In this document: in pieces, positions 39,295 to 51,524 of the stretch
How the letters are laid out: every line of letters begins with the position of its first letter
Numbering within the stretch: the stretch's first letter is position 1
Assembly: GCF_006345805.1 (NCBI RefSeq)
Contig: NC_043006.1
Span: 27,218,001 to 27,282,000, forward strand
From: Octopus sinensis
Taxonomy: Eukaryota
DNA: 64,000 nt
Direction of reading: 5' to 3'
Made by a program: the position numbers and the translations under genes
Notes under the pieces: model-generated
Seen by the model: the letters and a program-made list of their open reading frames with translations, nothing else
Told to the model about the DNA's origin: nothing
The model's database searches: none

Positions 39295-39647
39295 TCCTTG
39301 GCCAGCGCTGCCCCGACTGGCTTCTGTGCCGGTGGCACATAAAAAGCACCATCCGAACGTGGCCGTTGCCAGCGCTGCCTTGGCTGGCTTCCGTGCCGGT
39401 GGCATGTTAAAAGCCCCAACCGATCGTGGCCAATGCCGGACCCCCCTGGCACCTGTGCAGGTGGCATGTAAAAAGCACCCACTACACTCGCGGAGTGGTT
39501 GGCGTTAGGAAGGGCATCCAGCTGTAGAAACTCTGCCAGATCATACTGGAGCCTGGTGCAGCCCCTGGCTTCCCAGAACCCGGTTGAACTGTCCAACCTG
39601 TGCTAGCGCGGAAAACGGACATTAAACGATGATGATGATGATGATGA
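39295..39647 (+). mobile_element. RTE 3' UTR-only copy
   Basis: Matches 14260-14575, including gtgccggtggca..taaaaagcacc units and the (ATG)n tail. Confidence 0.85.
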
Positions 39648-40689
39648 CTGTGTAGTAAAAAGCTTTGTGGCAGATGTTTTGCAATCAACTACAGTTGTTT
39701 CGTGGAAATTTTCTTATGATGCTAAAATACAAGTTTTGACGAAATCAATTTGAAAAGATTCTTTTCCTTGGCTTATTAATTTATTAGCCAAAGCCATCCT
39801 AATTTTCAGCCAAAAATTGTTCTGAAATTTAGTTTCTGAATGCTTCTAGAAATATCTAGAGTAACTTATAAAAACCCAAGTAGAGCACTCCTATTTTATT
39901 TACAATACTGTTTAAACAATTAAATTTGGATTTATTATAATAAAAATAATATTGCACAGAACCTTGCAAGTCAGATTTACATAATTTCTTGAGTATTGGT
40001 TAGAAAACAGCCTACAAGTTACTTAGGAATAATCTTAAAAAGAAATAAATGAGGAACCACCCAACAGGTTAATACAGCTTTGTATATAGGACATTCCATA
40101 ATGGTATGGAATGAAAGCTACATTGATTATTGGCAAAATATACTACTTTTAAAGTATAAAACTTTGATCAGAACCTCGCTTGGCAATATATATAATAAGT
40201 CAGTACAAAATATACACAAGAGAAGCTATGCTGATGCATCAGAGTATCCATTTTAGTTCTTTTGAAATGGTGCTTTTGACAGTGCAAGTATACTAGTGTA
40301 TAAGATTATTTTTAATGGTTTGAGTATATTATATGCATGTGTGTGTCTATGAACGTGTATATATGTGTATGATTATGCATGAATGGTTTAGAGTACATAT
40401 GTGTTTGTGAATACATATCTCATGTGTAATATACTCTATGTTAACATCAATATCAGAGGTAGTCATTTGCTGGAGGCTTGGAAAATATAAATTTAATCAA
40501 ATTGGACAAATTAATCTAAATGTCTGGCTATGTAAGGGAAGCAATTGCACTTCATTTCAAGTAAAAAAAAAATAAGCAGAAATTTACCCTCCAGTAACTG
40601 AAGTTCCCCTTTTACTGTTATGTTCAATATTGTAGTGCTGTCATCATTAATATCAACATGGTAAAAGGCAGATCAAATGAGATTGTAGG

Positions 40690-41345
40690 TATGCAGGAGT
40701 GAAAATGTGTAAATCTGTGCTGTGTACAAGAGAGATGGAGAGGAATTTCAGGTTCCTCACAGGCAATGAACAAAGGTATATATTCTTGATGAACAACAGT
40801 GATGGGGTAGGAGGAGTTGACATGCTGTTAGCAGAAAAATAAATGCAGTAATTAAGATAGTTTACTACCAAATAATTAAGCTTTGGTTAGGTATAGAAAC
40901 ACTTATCTCTGTATATGTGCCATTCCAGTGTAAGAGCTAGACCAATTAAGACAACAGACTATTTGGAGAAGCTGAAAGAACCCTTTGCCAATCATAGGTT
41001 CAGAGGTCTAACTGGTTTTTATGGAGGAAGGGAAGAAGTGGTAGAGACTTGTAACACAGCAAAAATAAACAACTTCTATGAGACAATTTCCTGAAAGCTG
41101 CAGGCCTGATCTGTAGCTTGTGCAATGTCCCAGCCTGTTGCAAGGTAACACAGTTGTGAAATAATGCAGTATTTAGCCACAAAAGCTAAGGGCTACCATC
41201 TGGAAAGAGGAGAGGACTACAGAAAGAAATATCAAACAGAAGCAAAGCTAGATGTTGTGAATACTAAAGAGAGGCAGAAGGATTTTTGTATATGTAATGT
41301 GACATGAAGAGCAGAGAAATGATGTGTTCCATATTGTTTGGTAGT
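40690..41345 (+). mobile_element. Highly degraded RTE endonuclease region
   Basis: Traces such as YIFLMNNSDGVGGVDMLLAEK and LISVYVP. Confidence 0.4.
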
Positions 41346-41439
41346 GTGTAAACCCCTTATGAGCGAGAAACCCAGAGTAAACTCCAAAACCAGCCTACCC
41401 CACTATAATATATATACATATATATATATTTAGAGAAAA

Positions 41440-42340
41440 ATAATTATGGTTGGTTCATTGGGTTACCCAGGGTTTTGCATTCATAAAGCACTTAACTTTA
41501 CATGTCAGACCCTAATGGGTGGTGGCCTATAACCTCTCTTCAAAATGGAGAAAAGGCCTTGTGGCTAGTTTCTGGATATACAGACAAAGAAGAAAAGTCA
41601 AGTGCAAGGGATTGACTTCTTTTGACCACTGTGTGGAATCCACCCAGTCAACTTATAGGTCCCAGGATTTCAGTAGCAATCACCTGAAATGTAAACAGGG
41701 TCTGAAATTCCAGGACGAAGACTTCTGTCCTGGAATTTAAGTTGTTCTCCAGATTGAGGGAATTCTTTAACGTCCTTGCTTGTTCCACTATGTACAGCCT
41801 GCAACATTTGCTCCTGTTAATGTAGAGACCCAGTTTTTCTAGCATCTTCCATGTGATTACATGTGGAATCTCTTCACCCTTCAGGCATTACATCTGGCTG
41901 GCTAAGAACATGGCATAATGTCTCTCTGGGATCCTAACCAAGGATTTCTGGTTGGAGAGGTGCTGCTTGAAGGTGTTTTTGGAATACCTGATGCATTTTC
42001 CAATGCTGCTGTTGGCATTGCTGCTTCTGTTAATGTTGTTGACATTGCAACATGCGTTGGTGTTGGCATCATTAGTGCTGACATAGGAGACACCATTGGT
42101 GGCAAAGTTGATGTTGATGCTGTTGTTGTTGTTTGTGTCTCTGTTGGTGCTGCTATAACCATTGATGTTGTTGGAGCTGTTGCTGGCACTATAGTGGTGG
42201 TAGTTGTGGTCCTTGTTATTATTATCATTATTAGCATTATCATTAGTGATGGTGCTGCTTCTACCTCTGCTATAGTCACTATTATTGATAACGGTGATGG
42301 TGTTGCTGCTATTCTTGCTACTGCTATTAGGGTCTGATAT
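41440..42340 (-). mobile_element. Degenerate ORF1/gag-like remnant with a Thr/Ala-rich low-complexity segment
   Basis: Broken minus frames (ATRPFLHFE followed by a possible decayed zinc knuckle) downstream of (ACA/GCA)n-rich sequence. Confidence 0.3.
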
Positions 42341-42529
42341 CACCTAAGCTTCATATACAACCCTCTTGGTTTTGCATTGGCCTCCCACTTGGCGTCTGTT
42401 GTAGTTCCTACATGAGCATCCCACCTCCTTCTCACACCTAGGGAGTGTTCACTAAAGTACTCTTAATATTGGGGGCACAGCTAAAAGAGACTCTTAGGTT
42501 ATATCTGTTGAACAGGTGTCTTCGTACCT

Positions 42530-43200
42530 GTGTGATTGTGTAAAGCCTAAGGTAGGATATTCCTCATGATGAACTGAGAGACAGTGCAGAAACAAGACAA
42601 CTTACATTAATGCTCTACCAACATGCTCAATTAGAATGTAGAGGCCAAGTTGATAACATAGAGGTTAAGGTATTATCAAAGCATAGAACAGACACGATGT
42701 TTAGATTATGGAGGCCACACACATAGTAATAGACAGACTGTGCCTCAACAGAAAATACAAATGGAACAATAACACCTACTACCATAACTAAAGACAGATA
42801 CTAACAGTATAATACATAAACCCATGTGTACACATACAAAAGACACACATGTACGAACTTTTGATGAAATATAAGAAACAAGGATGAGTAAATAAATGAA
42901 AAAAAAACTATATAAAGAGCATGGATACAAATAATATAGTAAGCAAACCCATATACACACACACAACACATGGACATGTACACACACACACAAATACAGA
43001 CGCAAATGTATGCACAGATAAGGATACACATCACAGAGAGACAAAATGGACTAAACAGAAGAGGAAACGTGGATGAAGAGTCGCTGAGGTGGTCACAAAT
43101 ACGTGATGAAAGATTTCCAGACAATGGATATAAGATAAAATAAGAACAATAATAAACAAGTGAACAACGAATATAAAGTGCGTGTGTTTATTTGGTAAGG
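42530..43200 (+). mobile_element. Penelope-like element 3' remnant (GIY-YIG C-terminus plus degenerate hammerhead)
   Basis: LYQHAQLECRGQVDNIEVKVLSKH..R..MEATHI....LNRKYKW with one frameshift. 43080-43122: gtcg CTGAGGT g gtcac-aaatac-gtgat GAAA gatttc cagac, followed by AATAAA. Confidence 0.55.
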
Positions 43201-43499
43201 AAAGAAAATGACCCTCCCGAAATATAATAACAGACGGGGGAAATTTTCTTGACCTTTTCCTTCCCAAAAGTAGCATGAAAGCTACCCTAAAATTCCGATA
43301 TGTTGTGATTTGAGAAGGATTTGGCTACTATTTTTTCTTGCACACTGAGCCCTGCATATAGCAGAGGTATAAAACATATGATCCCTGGCTCCAGTTTTAA
43401 AAACGTTTCTTTTTTTTTTTTTCGCATTTTGAAATACTCCTCTTTTAGAGTCTTAGCCTGACTATAGTTTTAACACCGTTTCTGATTAGTCAAATCGAT

Positions 43500-43790
43500 T
43501 TCAAATCAGGGAATCTTTTGTTAATTCAGCCAATGAAAAAGAAGTTTATGAACACAGATACTAAACGATGTCTATAAATACCCTTCATTCTCGTACGCAC
43601 GCAAGCAGATTCTAAACTATCCTTTATTTTTTAATTTATGTTCTTGCTCGACCGAATACGTTCTACTGATGAGCAATATTGAAATGTTTTATAGCTGAAA
43701 TAGCGTTAGCTTTCTATTAAACGTTATCTTCTCAAGAACTTGGACAATTTCTATCTCCGTTCTCGATCTTAATGACTCGCATCAGGACTG
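43500..43790 (+). promoter_or_regulatory. CCAAT + TATA + CTGATGA..GAAA + ATTAAA segment, possible Penelope pseudo-LTR or promoter
   Basis: agccaat at 43528, ctataaaat at 43572, ctgatgagc...gctgaaa at 43666-43700. Confidence 0.3.
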
Positions 43791-43800
43791 AGCACGTATG

Positions 43801-43835
<35 letters not shown>

Positions 43836-43849
43836 TAAGTAAATGAAAG

Positions 43850-44306
43850 GGCGATGTTTCGCTTGTCGTAGCACACGTTTCCGTCGATTTCCGTAAAAAA
43901 TGTAAACACTGAATCGGCCATACATACATACATACATACACACACACATACAAACACACACACACACACACATACATGCATACATACATATACACATAAA
44001 CCGAGTAAAAAATTTCAGTTATCTCTCTCTTTCACACATTACTCTCTCTGTTTCTTCACACACACTAACAGAAGCACTTCACTTACACAACATACTGTCT
44101 GTCTCCCACACTCCATCAAACACACACACACACACACACACATGTACATCAATGCGTCCCATGCACGGTAACTTCAAAAGAACTTCCCTCGTCATACAAT
44201 CGCTTTCTCTTAGTCTCTTTCGCTCTCATTACTTATGTAAAAAAATAAAAGTTTTTTACGGAAATCGACGGAAACCTGTGCTACGACAAGCGAAACATCG
44301 CCAGCC
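43850..44306. mobile_element. MITE with 51-bp TIRs starting GGCGATG and 8-bp TSD (Merlin-like)
   Basis: 43850-43900 is inverted at 44252-44302 with one mismatch. AATGAAAG at 43842-43849 and 44307-44314. The right end has 4 extra nt. Confidence 0.8.
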
Positions 44307-44345
44307 AATGAAAGTTTTTTCCCCCCCACACATGCATCAGAGTAT

Positions 44346-44367
44346 CCTAACCCTAACCCTAACCCTG
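44346..44367. repeat. Short interstitial telomere-type (CCCTAA)n
   Basis: cctaaccctaaccctaaccctg. Confidence 0.75.
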
Positions 44368-44689
44368 ACATTTCATTTTTTTCTGTATTGTTGGCTGGTG
44401 TTCGGAAAAAGCTGACCCATATAAATTGCAATTTCTCTATTTTTATTTGAATTTTTCAAAATTGCCAACTTTTCATCCAAAATTTAGAAAAATCGCAATA
44501 ACAGAAATTCAATGGAGGAGATTGATTTTTTTAGAAATAACTTTATAAATCCATGTTTTTTAAATAACTGCCCCCTCTCCCATCGTACTTTCAAAACACA
44601 TTAGCCGTCTATAATATTTTTTCTTTTGTTATTTTTCGGCATTTTATAAGTAAACTTATAGGGTCAGAAATATATATTCCGACACTATT

Positions 44690-46050
44690 TCTTCCAAATT
44701 CAGAGACGTTCCGAAGAAACTGAGGACGTTGAAACGGAGCGGAGATTGCTCTGTTCGGCAGTTTCTTTTCCAAAGCGGCCCGGAGTAGTGCCAGGTGGCA
44801 AAAGAAAACTCTGGAATTAAAGATGCCATCCAAGAGCAAAGAAGGCATACAATGCTTGGCTTGAAAACAGGTTTTCCCTTTTGCGCATGTGGTATACTGA
44901 AGCGCAAAAAGTTGCAGTAGAGAGAGTAAAAGCGTCCAGTGCTAAGTCACTGGAGGAGTTTGGGGGTTAAGCAGTTACATCAGTCAAAATATTCTGGCAG
45001 ATAATCCGTCGACTTTATAACAAGCCCTCATCCACACATAGCAAAGAACATCTTTAAGAGGTAGAGAGAATACTTTGCTGATCTTCTAAATCCACTTAGT
45101 ATAAAATCTAGTGGGCATGGGTTGCATCCAGGGTCGAAGTTTGACTTCAAAGAGACTGAAGTCATACAGGTGATTAAAGTGTTCGAATGTGGCAAGACCA
45201 TTGGGAGGAGGAAATTCAGCATGAGATATTAAAACCTTTAATTAGAAAAAGTATTTTCTGGCTGACTTTGTGTGTGCCTGGTGGCTTGGACCTCTGTTAA
45301 AACACTAAAGCAATGGCAATCCAAATTGATAATCCCAGTTTTTCACAGGGGTCACAAAAGTGAGTGCTCTAATTATGGAGGAATTACCTTGTTGAGACAC
45401 CTCAGTTGAAGTCTACACTAGATGTCTGCAAAGGAGATGGAAGAAAGTTGTTGAGCCCAAGTTTACTGAAAAATAGTATGGCTTCTTTCATGGATGCAGC
45501 ATAAAAGACCAGCGAGAAATAGTGGAAATAGCACCAGCGGTGTACACTTGTAGAATACAGAAAGGCATATGACCACATGCTGTGGAGGGTTTTGCAGAAG
45601 TTGGAGAGGAATGGCTAACTTCTGGTTGATGTGAAGTCCCTATATGAATGCCCAGTTGTCTGTGTTCAGGTAAATGTGCTAAGTTGAAACCTCTCTATAT
45701 GTTGGACTTAGGCAAGAGTGTGTATTTTTTACTTTTACTTTTCATGAAATGGATTGACATGAGCAGCCATTGTGGAAGTGGTATCACAATTGGTGGGTGT
45801 AGGACCAGTTTGTTGATATTTGCAGGTGCCATAGTGCTCCTTCTCTCATCAGAATGTGGTCTCCAGCAGGCAGTGAATGAATTTACTGTTGAGTGTTGCA
45901 AGGCAAGGATGAGATTTAGTGTTGTGAAGACCGAGATATTGGTCTTCCCAGTGTGGACAAATTTAACTGTTTTGGGATCGTATTCATGAATGATGGGAAG
46001 CAGAAAGTTGAATTGGTTATTAGAATTGCAGGTGCCAGTGTGCGGCTGTG
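44690..46050 (+). mobile_element. Degraded RTE-like LINE RT region
   Basis: Remnants KKAYNAWL, WQSKLIIPVFHRGHKSECSNYGGITLL, KAYDH and KFNCFGIVF. Confidence 0.7.
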
Positions 46051-46339
46051 GCCTTCAGTCTTCAGAGGTGGAGCATGGTTTCTATGGCTGGATGCCTTTC
46101 CTAGTGCTCTCAGTACACACTTTACAAAGTGTATTGGGTGCTTTTTATGTGGAACCAGCACAGCTGAGATCACCAAGTAATATGCAAGACAAATATCCTT
46201 CAACTAAGGGAGGAGTAGTACTGAGAGAGATGGCTTTGTGTCAGATGAGAAGCTATGATAGAGGAACAGAAAAAAGATCTCTTGCTGTGGAGGAGATATA
46301 TAGCTATCCAGGCAGAGGGGTCAGGAGAGAGAAAGAGGA

Positions 46340-46630
46340 TGTTAGTTAGTTAGTTAATTTGGCTCAAAAGCAAATAGCAAGGCCATGTAGGGGGACATGG
46401 AGTTAAGTACAGGGTGGTGTTCATGTAAAGAGTTCAGGCCACTTGAGGTCCAGGGAGGCTTTGAACAAAGCGGTCGTCGGCATCTTCACCATCTCGTCTG
46501 GCAGCTTGTTCCACGGATCCGCAACCCGACGGAGAAAGCTCCTCTCCTTCGATTGAGATGAAATCGTCGCAGGTAGAGCTTTTCGGAATGACCCCGCAGC
46601 CGACGCTCTGGAGCAGGAGTGAAGAACAGC
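46340..46630 (-). mobile_element. CR1/L2-group LINE 3' end with (AACT)n tail
   Basis: RLRGHSEKL...RRGAFSVRVADPWNKLPDEMV..FKASLD. Confidence 0.8.
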
Positions 46631-47036
46631 TCTTTCGAGAGGTTACACTTTCCGCTTATGATGTTGTGGGCGAGAATGGTGATGAAAAGGTGCCAGGGCA
46701 TATCCTCAAGGTAGGGGAAAGTGAATGTAAGTGGAATGGTACAGAGGATCAGACAAGATGAGTAAGAAGTTCATGAGAGTATAGGAAAGTAGAAGATAGA
46801 GATGAAGAGAAGGGAAATGTAGTCAGTAGTGACCATGGGTATACAGTGGAGTAGTAGGATAGCAATGATATAGTTGGCAGGGGAGGATAGGAGAGACAGA
46901 TATGACAAAGCAGTGTTTAGAAGCAAGGAGAGAAGAGAGATTTGTGCATGATGAGATGTAGTTTGGTTCATTGGGGGAACGGGAAGATTAATGTGTGATG
47001 GAGAGCGCATAATACACAGTGTTTCCAGAACTCAGT

Positions 47037-47860
47037 TTTATTGAGATGAGCAGGTCTTCTCAAAAACCTCATATTGCCAGACATCTCTGTCCATTGTCAT
47101 CTTCTCTGTGAGGCTCAACATCTGAGATTGGCCCCTGACTACTTTATCCCATGTCTTCTTGGGTTTCCTCCTCTTGCAGGTTCTATCCACTTTAAGCAGT
47201 TGGCATTTCTTCATACAGTTGCCCTCAACCATACACATCACATGACCAAACTATCAATGTCTTCTTTTGCCTACTATCTCTAATTCCTGTTATACCTAAC
47301 TTTTCTCTCAACACTTTCTCATTCGGGCATAATGATGTGGTACACCCATCAGAGAATACTAGCTGCATTCTTCTTTAATCTTTGCATACCCTCCTCTGCA
47401 TTCAGGGCACATGTCTTATAACCATGGATCATAGTCATTTGTACTGAAGCATCATACCATCTGCCTTTTGTTCTGAAAGAGGCCTTTTGTTGCCAACAGA
47501 AGTAATAGCTCTCTAAACTTTCCATTACTATTCTTATTCTAACAATTATATTTTTAGAACATCCTCCTCCACTGCTAATCAGAGGTCACCTAAGTAACAG
47601 AAACTGTCTACAACCTCCTGAGCTTTTCAGGAAATCTAGTTCTTGTGCATCTATCTCATATAAAGACTATTTTCTCTGTTAACCTTTTTGTGATTCCACT
47701 ACAACTTCTATATCCATAGCTTGCACTGGGTGCATCAAATGAAATTCTTTACAAAACCTTTTCTACATACTAAGCAGTACCATTTATCTGATGGAAAGAG
47801 AGTCTTATCTGCTTTCTTGCTAGCTACAATTTTGCTTTTTGCTAGGTTAACTTTAAAGCA
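47037..47860 (-). mobile_element. Older RTE RT C-terminal copy
   Basis: CMKKCQLLKVDRTCKRRKPKKTWDKVV..DRDVW, homologous to 13301-13978. Confidence 0.8.
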
Positions 47861-47865
47861 CTCTG

Positions 47866-47945
<80 letters not shown>

Positions 47946-48876
47946 ATATATGTGTGTATGTATAGGATGAGCTTTTAGTTTCCATCTACCAATTCCACTC
48001 ACAAAACTTCAGTCACCCTAGGATTATAAACATACACTTACCTAAGATGCTGTATTATGCCATATTTAGTTCTTTTCAACTATTTTTTGTACTAATATAT
48101 TTTCATTCTAAAACTCTTCTATAGTAAACTTTGAAAACTGCATCTTGAGACTCCTCTTTTTTTTCTACAGATGTTTTAATTGAAGTCCATAAAATTAATA
48201 TTAATCAGCACATTGTTCAGTTACAACTTCCTACCAATTCAAATGCCATTTTTCACAGAAAGCAGTTTATACAAGGTACTTTTTTTGTGCATGCCTTTAT
48301 TTATTTTTCTTCATCAGTGTAATGTTTCTATTTGATTTGTCTGATATGAAATTTGTAGCATCCCTACCTTTGTTAACAGGTCTGCTTCATCAGAACTGAC
48401 CTGAATATAAATACTAACAACACTGAACCACTGAGTGGTTCAGCTAGTTAGGAGAGAAAGTAATTTTATTCCAAATTACTATGTATTGTCTTGAAAAGTA
48501 TAAGGGAATATTAGAAATTATCATCCTTGATATTCTTGGCGGTCATAGAAAAATTGACAGTGCTGTTCTTCTGACTATGACAAATGAAGGAAAAAAGAAA
48601 ACTCTTAAGAAGATGGATGGTTATGATTTAGATGCCTTTTGTTATAGGTCTGTTGGATTTGGTTTGTTCAAATAACAATAACTTGCATTTAATAACATAT
48701 CACTTTAGTCAAAACTAATGCGGAATTAAACAATAACAAACCAAGTATGAAATTGTAGACACACAACTTACCCTCAAATTATACCCTACTATCCTGAAAG
48801 GAGATGGACACATTGGATTAGTTAAAAAATGCAGGTAAATGTTAATATCTTCAGTTTATTAATATAGAAATGTAGT

Positions 48877-49092
48877 TTAAGGTGGTGAGCTGGCAGAATT
48901 GTTAACATACTGGACAAAGTGGTCGGTGGAGTTTTGTTCATCTGAACACTCTAAGTTGAATTTCCATTGAGGTTTACTTTGCCTTTCATCTGTTCAGTGT
49001 TGATAAAGTAAGTACCAGCTGAGCACTGGGGTTGATGTAATTGATGTACCCACTCAACTGAAATTGCTGGCCTTATGCTAAAATTTGAAGCC
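48877..49092 (+). mobile_element. tRNA-derived SINE (resembles the octopus OK family) with 16-bp TSD
   Basis: ggtgagctggcagaattgtta...tttgcctttcatc...gataaagtaagtaccag. Flanks aatatagaaatgtagt / aatatagcaatgtagt. Confidence 0.75.
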
Positions 49093-49541
49093 AATATAGC
49101 AATGTAGTAAAATTTTCATTCTTGAATCTCCATTTTTTAATATTTTCTATACCTAATACAGTTTCTATTTATTATCATTTCAGAATATCAAATGAGATGA
49201 CCTGAAAAGTACATTTGACTTACGACCCATCATTAATTGTTGTCATCAATTAATGACAAAAAAATGTTACACAGAACAGTTATAACACTATGTAAATATT
49301 TATGTGATGAATTAGTGTGAAATATTTTTTGGCATCACTTCATAGTAGATTATCTCTATTCCATTGTGTGAGCTGTTTACAACATGAATTTGCAGTCTTA
49401 TTAAATTAGGACAAAATTTGCAAAGGAGTTTGCAGCTTCTTCTGGAATTGAAAAATGTAGATATACATTATTTCTTTGCAATACAATAGAAAAATACAAC
49501 GAAGAACAGTGTCTGTACATTGTGGTTAAAGACAAAAGATT

Positions 49542-51500
49542 ATGGAGAATGAAATACATGGCAACCAACAAAATTGTGGAGCTCAGTCAAAAGGTATTGA
49601 GTCATCTGGTGAGAAGCTGACAAAGACAGGGAAAATATCATATCACTGTGATATTTATAAAGTGTCATTCACTGAAAAAAGTGATCTAACTCCTCACAAA
49701 TGTATCAATAGTGAAAAGAAGCATTATTGCTGTAATATCTGTGGTAAATCATTCTCCCAAACATATGGATTAACTTCTCACAAACGCATTCATACAGGAG
49801 AGAAACCTTATATCTGTGATATCTGTGGTAAATCATTCCCACAAACATGTGGATTGACTGCTCACAAACGTATTCATACAGGAGAGAAACCCTATATCTG
49901 TGATATCTGTGGTAAATCATTCCCACAAACATGTGGATTAATTTCTCACAAACGTATTCATACAGGAGAGAAACCATATAACTGTGAGATCTGTGGTAAA
50001 TCATTCTCTGTAAATAGTACTTTAACAAAACATAGACGCATTCATACAGGAGAGAAGCCATATCACTGTGATACTTGTGGTTATTCATGCTCAGAAAAAG
50101 GGGCTTTAACTCGACACAGACGTGTTCATACAGGTGTGAAACCATATCATTGTGATATCTGTGGCAAATCATTCGTTAAAAGCAGTTCTTTAACATCACA
50201 CAAAGTTATTCATACAGGGGAAGTTATTCATATCAAGAAGCCTTTTCACTGTAATATCTGTGGAAAGTCATTCTCCTCAAACACTAACTTAACTGTTCAC
50301 AAACGTGTTCATACAGGTGAAAAGCCATATCACTGTGATGTATGTGATAAATCATTTGCTCAGTCTAATGATTTAACTAAACACAAACGTATTCATACAG
50401 GAGAAAGACCATATCAGTGTAATATTTGTGGTAAATCTTTCTCAGCATGTACTCAGTTAATTATTCATAAACGTGTTCATACAGGAAAGAAACCATATCG
50501 TTGTGATATTTGTGGTAAATCTTTCTCTCAGAGTAATAGTTTAATTTCCCATAAACGTATTCATACAGGGGAGAAGCCATACTGCTGTACTATCTGTGGT
50601 AAATCATTCTCCCATAGAAATTCTTTTGCTAACCACCAGCGTATTCACAAAGGACAGAAGCCCTACAACTGCGATATCTGTGGTAAATCATTCGTACGAA
50701 ATGATTATTTAACTAATCATAAACACATTCATACAGGAGAGAAACCTTATCATTGTGATATCTGTGGTAAATCATTCTCTCTATATTGTCAAATAAGGAT
50801 TCATAAACGCATTCATACAGGAGAAAAGCCCTATCACTGTGATATCTGTGGTAAATCATTTCCACAGACATGTGGATTAACTACTCATAAACGTATTCAT
50901 ACAGGAGAAAAACCATATCAGTGTGATATCTGTGATAAATCATTCACTGTAAATAGTACCTTAACAAAACACAAGCTTATACATACAGGACAGAAGCCCT
51001 ATCACTGTGATATCTGTGGTAAATCTTTCTCTTGTTGTAGTAACTTGACTAAACACAAACGTGTTCATACAGGAGAGAAACCCTATTGCTGTGATGTCTG
51101 TGGTAAATTCTTTTCTGAACAAGGTGCCTTAAGTAATCATAAACGCATTCATACAGGAGAGAAGCCATATTGTTGTGATGTCTGTGGTCGATCCTTCTCG
51201 GGAAAAAGTAGCTTAACCAAACATAAATACAAACATACAGGTGAGAAGCCATTTAATTGTGAGGTCTGTGGTAAATCATTTTCTTGTAATAGTTACTTAA
51301 CTGTACATAAACGCATTCATACAGGTGAGATGCCATTTCATTGTGATATCTGTGGTAAATCATTCGCTGCAGGTAGTAAATTAACTAGACATAAACGTGT
51401 ACATACAGGAGAGAAGCCATATCACTGTGATATCTGTGGAAAATCATATTCTGAAAAATCTTCCTTAACTACACATGTATGTACTCATAGAAAGGACTAA
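49542..51500 (+). CDS. Tandem C2H2 zinc-finger protein ZF5 (22 finger units, first degenerate)
   Basis: Uninterrupted 652-aa ORF. UTR acceptor at 49183. Confidence 0.95.
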   Translation: MENEIHGNQQNCGAQSKGIESSGEKLTKTGKISYHCDIYKVSFTEKSDLTPHKCINSEKKHYCCNICGKSFSQTYGLTSHKRIHTGEKPYICDICGKSFPQTCGLTAHKRIHTGEKPYICDICGKSFPQTCGLISHKRIHTGEKPYNCEICGKSFSVNSTLTKHRRIHTGEKPYHCDTCGYSCSEKGALTRHRRVHTGVKPYHCDICGKSFVKSSSLTSHKVIHTGEVIHIKKPFHCNICGKSFSSNTNLTVHKRVHTGEKPYHCDVCDKSFAQSNDLTKHKRIHTGERPYQCNICGKSFSACTQLIIHKRVHTGKKPYRCDICGKSFSQSNSLISHKRIHTGEKPYCCTICGKSFSHRNSFANHQRIHKGQKPYNCDICGKSFVRNDYLTNHKHIHTGEKPYHCDICGKSFSLYCQIRIHKRIHTGEKPYHCDICGKSFPQTCGLTTHKRIHTGEKPYQCDICDKSFTVNSTLTKHKLIHTGQKPYHCDICGKSFSCCSNLTKHKRVHTGEKPYCCDVCGKFFSEQGALSNHKRIHTGEKPYCCDVCGRSFSGKSSLTKHKYKHTGEKPFNCEVCGKSFSCNSYLTVHKRIHTGEMPFHCDICGKSFAAGSKLTRHKRVHTGEKPYHCDICGKSYSEKSSLTTHVCTHRKD

Positions 51501-51524
51501 ATTTATTCATGTCCAAAATCATTC

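Noticed and set aside
41888-42343. Mucin-like or membrane-protein ORFs in several frames
   Set aside because: Trinucleotide low complexity keeps the frames open, and there is no gene structure.
49705-51252. Antisense ORFs over ZF5 and alternative-frame ORFs over other ZF genes
   Set aside because: By-products of the 84-bp finger periodicity.
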